Source: Vitrella brassicaformis CCMP3155
Taxonomy: Eukaryota; Protista; Chromerida
DNA: 64,000 nt
NCBI GenBank assembly: GCA_001179505.1
Contig: CDMY01000499.1
Location: forward strand, 186,001-250,000
Direction: 5' to 3'
The notes under the pieces are model-generated. The model was not told where the DNA came from and searched no databases. It saw only the letters and a list, made by a program, of their open reading frames with translations. How positions within the stretch are numbered: the stretch's first letter is position 1; each line of letters begins with the position of its first letter. The translations under genes were made by a program, and so were the position numbers. Positions 55,659 to 64,000 of this stretch are shown one piece after another.

Positions 55659-56950
55659 GAGAGAGAGGGGAGGGGAGAGGGCAGGCAGGCATGCATGCGA
55701 AAGGCTCCTGGCCTGGCCTGGCCTGCTGCCGATGGGTCTGTCTGTCTGTCCGTGTGTGTGCGTGTTGCGATTGGCCGGTGTGTGTCGTTCGTTTTGCATG
55801 TGTGGATGCTATGCATGCTGCATAGGTAGGGGCAGGCAGCGTTGGGTTGGGAGTCTGTCTGTCTGCGTGTGTGGATTGTTGGCTTGGCTTATTGATTGCT
55901 TGATGGTCTTCATCCCTGCCTGTCCGCCTGTCTGACTGCCTGCGGGCCTGCCTGCGGGCCTGCGTGTCGTCTCTCTCTAGCAGACACGTTTTCTTGGCTA
56001 ACTCTCTGTCCGTCTGTCTGGCTGGCTGAGAATCTGAGTGCCTATCTGTCTGAGTGAGTGCTTATGAGTGGCTGGCGGATTTCAAGGAGGAGGTGAGGTG
56101 CTGCAAACGAAATGTCACATCGCATTTGAGCACAGCAAGCAGACAGACCAGACAGACCAGACAAGCCGAGCCAGGCGTCACTCGCTGCCAGTGAGGGTGT
56201 GCTCTCTCGGCATGGCCATGCACACACAGGATAGCGATGATATATAGCAATTCTGCTCGTCGGCTGGCGAGCGAGAGCGCTCTATGGTGAGAGAGAGAGG
56301 AGGAATTAAAGGAAGGATTCGTTGGGGCCTATTGGGTGGATGGACTGGTTGGTGGTCGGACAATCGACTTTTGCTTGAGAGACAGACATCGCTGCTGCGT
56401 GGAGGAAGGACTCTTCATGTGTGTGTCCGTATGTGTCTCCATCCCCCCGCTGGGTGAGGTGATTCAACCAAATATCCCAGAACAGCCAGCCTACATGGTA
56501 GCTGGCGGTACTAGGAACAAAGACCCCTCCCAACACACACACACACACGCAGCACAGGCAGCACACACAGTCAGCGGTGCAATCAGCTACTCACTCACTC
56601 ACAGCAGCACAGCCACGTCGACATCAGTAAGAGCCAACCCAAACAAACCAAACCCCCAAAACGGACGCAGCTAAATACGAGACAGGCACGACACTGCCAT
56701 TTCGACGATGCGAGAGAAAGAGACACGCAAACACACACACACGAATGAGCTTCTAGTCTAGCTATGGCTTGCCACTATTCTTCGTCTCCGTAGCCATTTC
56801 TGTGTGATGGTGTTGTTCGTCCATGATGTGAGTGCATTCACACGAAACACATCTCTGTACACGCACACATCCCCGCGACCCCACCCCCCCACCCCCACCC
56901 CACCCCACTGATTCGTGTGTCCTTGTGGCTAGACTGCCCTAATCGATGGC

Positions 56951-59776
56951 TCAGGTGACCTGCCACACCTCGATCGCATCCCACCCACCACGCACAAAGT
57001 GAGTGCGACCATCAACGGTCGATGACGGGCCGCTAAGAAAGGGCCTCTCTGTCCCACTGATAGCCAGCAACGCGTCAGAGTCGAAGGGTAGCGCCTGCCT
57101 CACACACAGGGTGTGCGAGACATTGTGGCCTCTGGACTGAGGCCGCACACTGATCTTGAACTCTCCGTAGGACACCCGCGAGACGCTGATAGTCGACTGC
57201 TGTGCTGTCATCTTGCTGACGGTGCCCCCCTCGACGTCAATCAGCTTGAACAGGAACGGGATGGCGGCCTGCGTAAGGGAGCGGTCGTAGACACTGTCGT
57301 AAGTAAGTAAAGTCATGTCACCCATCACACACACACGACACAAGACATGTGCGCTTGGCTGCCCACAGGCGTGGCGTGCCACACACTCACTGTTCGTAAG
57401 AGTCGTTGAGCCCTGGCGTGCATGTATTGAGCCCCTCTGGGCTGGCAGCGCCCAGGACCTCACCACTTTTCTGCAGCAGCACCACCTGCACACCACATGC
57501 AACGCAACAGACACATAGGCATGGCTCGCGTGGCGTGGTGTGGCGGTTGTACTGCTCACCCAGCCCTTCTGTTCCTCTGGAGGGGGGATGCTCGCCAGGA
57601 AGGCAGCGCCATCATACACACCCGATGAGCAACAACTAATGCCATGAGGAGCGAAAGAGCATCGTGCACCCTGCCAGTGATGTGTGGTTGTCGCCCACCC
57701 CATACACACCTGTATGTGCACTGTATGTCCTCTGCCGGCTTCTTCGACTCCTCCTCCAGCCACATGACCAGCCGGTTCATCTGCGATCGCCCTCCCAACA
57801 GCCCCATCTCCGCCCCCCCTCCCAAAGGCATCGACGGTGCAATGCGCTGCACACAGTCCTCACGCGGCCCACACAATCCAAACATCTCGAGTGTCCGGCG
57901 CAGCTCGTGAGTGTCCGCCTCGGTGGCCGATGAGTGTTGCGGTGGCGAGATGGTGAGGGATTGGGAGGGGGTGAGTCGGTGTCGGCGGGCGAAGTTGATG
58001 ACCTTACGGACGATCGCAGGCGACGTGGCGTCTAACGAGCCCCTGCGAGGGAGGCGGGGAGGGAAAGAGGGAGCATACATGTTGAGAACAGCTCGTCTAT
58101 GTTAGGCGATCTCTTACCCATCAAAGCGATTTGCGAACTGCGAGTTGTCTCCTCCACACGCCTCCACAGTGGCCGTGGTCGTGCTCAGCGTCATCCCGAT
58201 CACACGCAAACTCCTGACCTCCACCCCAACACCCGTAGACGGCTGAAGCCAGGGCTCGGCCAGCCTCAGACGCTCCCTCAGCTCTTGTGTGACGCTCTTG
58301 ACTGCATCCGTCTGCGCGTCAATGGCCGCGTGCTCCTTGGCATAGCCGATGGACAGTGACTTGACGGCTTCCATGACAGCGGCATGTGACGGCACGGCGT
58401 AATGCATCTGGCGCGGCAGCACTGGTGCATGCATGTGTGGGGGAGGGGGGCCGGGGGAGGGGTTCACGGTGGGTAAGGGCTTGTTGAGAAGCATGTCTAC
58501 AAACAAGGCCTCGTCCACATCAGGGGCACCACTGCTGCTGCTGCTGCTGCCGTCGTATGTTGAGAGGGCGTGGATGATCTTGTCAAATATAAGATTGTCG
58601 AGGTCCAGAAATATGCGGTTGGAGTCGTCGTGGCACCGGACGAGCCGCCCATCGATGTGACCGCTGAAGATGAAGGCCAACAAGCTGTCGGCCTTCTTGG
58701 TCAGCCACCCGCGGGAAACCTCATACGGCGCCCCGCCCACCGACAGGTGCAGCCTCTCATCAGCGCGACCAACGGCGGTCTCCTGCCACCCACTCTCACT
58801 CAGCAGCTGCTGCTTGGCGCTTTGCAGCTCGTCGAGCACTCGCTGCTTAGCTGCGAGGGCTCGCCCGGCATCTTCGACGGCGGCAGTGAAAGACTGGATG
58901 GCACGCTCCGCGAATGCTGGGCGTGACGCGGCCGAGGGAAGCTGCTGGCCAGCACTGTTACCGTCAGACTTCGACCCCGCCACAGACACATCCCTGATGG
59001 ATGCTCACACGACGAAAGAACACCATCACGTCTTAACGCTCCTCCCTGTTGACTGTCTGGGCTCCGCTCACCTGATGACCTCCCTGCCCAGCATGAGCAC
59101 TGCCTGCCCGTGTGAGCTCAGGTACTCTTCGATAGTGGTGACTATGTCGTCGTGGGCCTGCGAGAGGCCGCTGACTATCTCCTGCAGGCGATTCCGTTGC
59201 TGCGCCAGCTCACGGATCACACGCAGAACGATGCTTGCGTGGGCGGCGCTTGTCCGACCTGAGCAAACACACCCACACCCACCCACCCACTCACCCATCC
59301 ACACGCACACATGAGGATAGGCACAGACACAACGGTAGTTGCTGACCGGCCCTGAGCAGGCTTGGCAACATCTCTGGCCACCCCTGGGGGAACTCGCGCA
59401 ACGCCACCTCAGACAAGGCGCTCGCACACGCCTGCTGCACACTGGGGGAGGTGAAATGGCCGGCGGGCAACTGAAGGTAGGAGAGCAGCTTCTCTTTGAG
59501 CTCACGGGTGTTCTTCTGCTCGGTGATCCATTTCTGCCACTGCTTGCGGATGGCCTCGCGGAAGAGCGTATACCCGAAGCACCGCACTTGATGGACCAGG
59601 ACGGCGTCGAGCTGCCAGCCGTCGTGCGTGACGAGTCGGTCGGCAATCCCGCAGGCATTCGGGTGCTCATATAAGGCCGTGCACTGCTGTTCGGCCGCCA
59701 CTCGGTCAGCATGAGACACATTCGGCTGCCCGGAGACCCTCAGCGCTTCGATGACCGACCGCGCGATATCATCCAT
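56951..59776 (-). CDS. Chimeric protein: exportin-5-like N-terminal HEAT segment + coiled coil + BTB/T1 + second BTB-like + TLDc-like domain
   Basis: VRCFGYTLFREAIRKQW...LSEVALREFPQGWPEML (IBN_N/Xpo1-like). LHLSVGGAPYEVSRGWL...IFLDLDNLIFDKIIHAL (BTB/T1). KGW/VVLLQKSGEVLGAAS..PFLFKL..DAIEVWQVT* (TLDc-like). GT-AG junctions checked in frame. Confidence 0.75.
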
Positions 59777-60239
59777 GGTGCCAGCAGTTGGATGAGATCG
59801 GCGTGAGGCGAGATCAGGGAGCTGGATGCAGGCAAGGCCAGATACGTGGCCAGATCTCATCCCTCACCGCCGAGTGGTCGTTGATCGGGGTCTCCCTGGT
59901 GTGTTTGTGGCCATATGGCATAGCTGTTGCTGGGGAGCTGTTGTTCACCAGATGCGCTGGTGCCGTGCTTCTGTGAAAGCCAACGAGCTCACGGATTGCA
60001 GAGACCGCAGAGAGCTGTCTTGCAGAAAGGAGCAAGGTTGTGCAGCGTCGAGGGGCGGCTGGGGCGCGGTCTTGTGCTTGCTGCGCCTCAGATCGATGAG
60101 TTGACTGACAAACATCATCGCCTCCGTCCGTTCTGAGGTGCGCCAGGCAGAGAGAGAGAGGGTGGATTGACCATCGGTGCCGCCCTCACGTGGTGTGCGT
60201 GTTTGTGCGTCAAATAGCGGCCTCAGAGAAGGTTTTGGC

Positions 60240-60313
60240 AGAGAGAGACCGAGCCGGTGAATCAGATCTACACTACAGAGAGAGACCGAGCCGGTGAATC
60301 AGATCTACACTAC
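60240..60313. repeat. Perfect 37-bp tandem duplication
   Basis: agagagagaccgagccggtgaatcagatctacactac x2 (60240-60276 and 60277-60313), 7 bp upstream of ATG 60321. Confidence 0.95.
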
Positions 60314-60320
60314 AGCCATC

Positions 60321-62494
60321 ATGGAGGGCGGTGGACAGGTGAGGCGCATCACAGCGCCGCTTGCAATGGGTGGCGCATCTCACCAAACCGGTGTTGACTG
60401 TGTTGTTGTGAGTGTCTGGGTGCAGAGCAGAAGCTCTCGCCGTGATGACGCGCCGGCTGCTGCTGCGGCTGCTGGTGTTGCTGGTGGTGGTGACGAGGAG
60501 CGGCAGCGTCGGGCTGAGAGAGAAAGTCGCTTTTGCAAGAAGATCAGCGACACGGTGAGCACCCCAGACACGCAAAAAGGCGATTCCTGTCCACGGCTGC
60601 GCGCGTTTCAGGAGGGTCTTGTCAGCTACATGATGGCCTTCCTGCCCATCAACCTGATGGTGCAGCTGGCCAAGTCCGTCTGGCAGCACGGCGCGCCCGA
60701 CCTCTCGGACGTCACCATCAGCGCAGCGACCGAGGAGGAGCGGTCCTTTTGGCAACACGTCCACCTCGCCTTCGTCAACGAGCTGGCCGCCCGACTCACC
60801 CACCTCACGTCAATCACTCTGCGGTACCCTGACTGGTTCCCCTGCTGGTGTTTCGACGTGTTTGTGGCCATGATCGAGGGCCACATTGCCGGCCGACGTG
60901 CAGCCAACATGCAGGGAGGGACCCTGCACACCATCACCATCGAACAGGGGGCTCGGCTGACCGGCACAGCACGGCAGACCGTCGCAAGGACTCATCCCCC
61001 CCTCCCACCCCCTCCCACCCCGGCCCCGACCCTCAATGCACTCACCACCATTAGCGGCCTGACGAGGGACCATCAGGGGCTGGCCGACCGACGCTGGGAG
61101 ATGCCCTCACTCGCCTTCGTGGAGCAGGAGGAGTGGGACAGCTGAAGGCTGGCCCCATTCATCAGCTCGTCCCGATCCCTGCGGCGTGTGGACGGCAGAT
61201 GGGGCTAATGGGTGGTTGGAGGTGTTTGAGTACATGGCTGAAGACGTATTTGAGCACACCCCTGAGGCACTGGGTGGGCAGCAGGGGGGGCCACTCGCTA
61301 GGCTGGAGGACATCGGCACCATCGCATTCGTCGAAATCTCTCAGGCGCGCGTCAGCTCGCTTCAGGTGCCCACAAAGGACAGGACAGTAGTAGCGGCTGT
61401 GTGGGTTGGCTCATGATGTCCTCCTTGGATGTGTGTGTTCTTGTCGCATTCAGGCAGTGCTCGTTGAGCTTGGCTGCCGACGGTCGCTCAGGCAGCTACA
61501 CGTGGACTCCAGCTATTTCACCTTCAGCCGCCCTGGCGGCCCTGGACCGGCTCGTCGGCACGTGCTGTCGACCAAACGCCCCAATCATACTTGATGAATT
61601 AACGACCGCCGACGGCGGTTGGGAGTTCGACCTGTCCATCTTCGACCATCCCGAGTTCCCCTCCCACCCATCGCCCGGATTCGAGACCATGATTCAGCAG
61701 ATGGCACGGGAAGCCGACGGGTTGCAGTACATCTTCACTCAGCAGGGCCTCACAGACCCGCACACCAGCCCTAGCCCATCGGCCATCGAGATCGCATCCA
61801 TATTGTCATTCGACAATCTGCGTGGTTCGGTGGAGGTCAAAAACGATTGGCCTGACTTCAATCCCCCGGCCAACACCCCGTCGCCCCACCCCGCCATCAT
61901 CAGCCATCTGCAGCCCTTCCCAAGCCATGCGGATCGCCTTAGCCTGGAGGTCTCCAGCAACCTGGGCGGTCCTGCCGGGCGGCTGCTGGCCGCCAAGATG
62001 CCCAAGAAGGTGGGGCGGGTGGACATCGGAAGGATATCGTCTGAGGAGAAGGTGGGCGTGTTGACGGCGCTGGGGAGGGAGAGAGAGGTGAATTTGGTGG
62101 TGGGGCTGGCGCAAGTAGATGTCGATCAGCTGGTGGAGGCGGCAGACGGGTTGCCGATGATCAAGACACTAGCTTTTACCATGACACGTACGCCAACAGA
62201 AAGGCCATTTGTGTCCTCCCGTCCTCAGTGGTGCCTTCTGTGTGTTAACCTCCAGTGCCCGATGATGGGCAGTCTGCGGCCAGCGCCGTCCACAACCGCC
62301 TCTTATCGCTGATCCCGCGCATCAGGGGCCTGCAGTATGTGACGCTCACGGTCCCCAGCACGACAGCTGAGCAACATGATTCCATCAACTCCTCCCTCCC
62401 TGTGGGAACCAACATCGAGGGCTTGAGCATCACCGGCGTCGGCCATGACAGGGGGGACACGTGTGTGGAAATGGCTGCACCTTCCGATGCCTGA
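60321..62494 (+). pseudogene. Probable pseudogene of a lineage-expanded hypothetical protein family
   Basis: Protein-like reading continues through an in-frame TGA at 61143-61145 (EEWDS*RLAPFISSSRSLRRVDG). Apparent frameshifts follow near 61190-61205 and 61515-61530, with no usable splice sites. The final exon ends at 62494. Confidence 0.6.
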
Positions 62495-63313
62495 AGGTGA
62501 GAGAATGGCACTCATTCATAAGAAGGGCTGATTCTGTGACCGTGTTAATGTCTGCCCTCTATGTTTTGGTGTTGGTGGTGTTTGTCAGGCTGGCCAGTTG
62601 TGTGTGTGTTGACAAGTGACTGACTGACTAACTGACTGACTGGGTGGGTGGCTGGACAGATTTGGCGGACGGGGAGCTTCAATGCAAGCCAAATGCGCTT
62701 GGTACTCACCTCTTTCTTTCGGATCTTCGTTTGCCGGTGGCCGACCATTTGTGTGATGCGTGTGTTGCTTTGGCAGACATTTATGTCGTTATGCCGTCTT
62801 CGCTGTGTTATTGCCATACCTTATCCCTCGCCCCCCTCCCCCCTGTCGACCGACCCGACCCACAGCGGCGGCAATCCGCCCGCCCGTCGAGACAGTGACG
62901 TGTCGGTCGGTTTAGGTGGTCGGGGGAGGGCGGGGGAGAGGGGCAGGACAGGACCATCGAGGCGGCCGGCCTGCATCGGTCATCGTTTGATTTTTTGGTC
63001 AAATGCTGGTTTGGTGCTGCTGAAGTGGCCAGACACAGATTGAGCATCAGCGGCAGAGTCTCCACACACACACACACACGCACAAGACATAAGAACGGCC
63101 AGAAACAGGTAACCCTTGACTCACTGCATGCGCAGTCCCCTGCATCGCTGTGTCAAGGGTCACACCATCCATCCCCTCCCTCCCTCCCTCCCTACATTAA
63201 CCCCACCCACTATCACACCACCCTAGGCAGCAGCTTGTTCTCGATCCCAATCCACACCTCTGCACACACACAGAGACAGACAGACAGACAGACAGCACTG
63301 GAGTGTGAGGTCT

Positions 63314-64000
63314 GGTGGGAAGGGGCTCGTTGAGAAGCATGTCGCAGAACAAGGCCTCAGCCACATATATCACGGTCACCCCCTCAATACATCCCGAAGC
63401 CCCCAGGGTATGTCCTCTTCTTCAATGACTCCCTTTTCCCACAGCGTCTTGACCAAGTGCTCCACCTTCTCCGCTGTGTCAGGCAGCTCCTCCAGTTCTC
63501 CCATCAGCCACTCGAGAGAGTGACAAAACCTCTTTCGGAGCAGTGGATTCCGCGCCTGCGTGTCCACGATGCGGTCCTTTATCTCAGATAGCTCCGCCGC
63601 TCCTTCCTTCATCTCACGTAGCTCCTTGACCTCCTCCCTCTTCGCGGTTCATCATCTTTGATCCCTTCCCTTCGCTCAAGTGAAGAAGGCAGATCGTCCT
63701 CATCAAGCACTCCCTTCTTCACCAAAGCGGCGGAAAGTCCGCAGCAGCAGTGGCGGTCTGCACGTTTGCCGCCGTTTCCTCCAGCCGCTCCTTCAGCTTC
63801 TTGACTTGCTTCGTGAGCCGTTGCACTTGCTCCCTCAGCTGAGTGTCATCACTGGCCCCACTGCGGCGGGCCGTGGCGCAGATTGGCCTCATTCGGGTGA
63901 GCAGCAGACGATTGTCGGGGACGAAGGCATTGGCGAAGGAGATGCCATTGGCTGCAAGAAGCGCCAGAAGTGAGACGACGAGATGGGCCGTCTTCCTCCG
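63314..64000 (-). pseudogene. Degraded plastid-targeted coiled-coil gene abutting a fragment paralogous to the BTB gene; runs off the window edge
   Basis: Leader LVVSLLALLAANGISFANAFVPDNRLLLTRMRP and coiled coil LREQVQRLTKQVKKLKERLEE. Two related units, LVKKGVLDEDDLPSSL and LWEKGVIEEEDIPWGL, lie in different frames. 63314-63366 matches 58468-58520. Confidence 0.5.

Noticed and set aside
55680-55830. TGCATGC-like motifs (apicomplexan ApiAP2-type element), also near 30930
   Set aside because: They lie downstream of stop codons in repetitive UTR-like sequence; enrichment cannot be shown by eye.
60240-60313. 37-bp direct repeat as a possible CRISPR repeat
   Set aside because: Only two adjacent copies, no spacer, no cas genes, eukaryotic context.
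61143-61145. In-frame TGA as selenocysteine or readthrough
   Set aside because: Followed by apparent frameshifts, no redox-motif context and no SECIS recognised; pseudogenisation is simpler.

Overview
Eukaryotic, GC-rich, intron-dense DNA with short introns full of (AC)n/(TG)n/(TCTG)n tracts and two 300-N gaps. It is most consistent with the chromerid alveolate Vitrella brassicaformis (inference from intron style, bipartite plastid-targeting leaders and ankyrin-RING, MORN and BTB-TLDc families). About 19 protein-coding loci were reconstructed by hand from GT-AG junctions; exon borders are approximate. They are: a SpoU/TrmH methyltransferase, an HPR-like helical-repeat protein, an ankyrin-RING protein, a small hypothetical, a CEP164-like WW/B-box/IQ protein, a Moco sulfurase, a 13.5-kb MATH/pseudo-USP7 multidomain gene, a secreted Cys-rich protein, a MORN protein, a GH27 and a GH1 glycosidase, a small plastid-targeted membrane protein, a divergent mitochondrial IF2-like GTPase, a TFIIS-M/coiled-coil protein, an exportin-5-N/BTB/TLDc fusion, and degraded pseudogenes at the right end. 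No tRNA, rRNA, CRISPR array or transposase/RT was recognised. Most notable: (1) a catalytically dead USP7 paralogue fused to a PHD-like finger, four copies of an unrecognised ~110-aa repeat, winged-helix-like segments and an RRM; (2) the exportin-5/BTB/TLDc chimera; (3) an IF2-like protein lacking domain IV; (4) introns with self-complementary 5'-AC / 3'-UG architecture.
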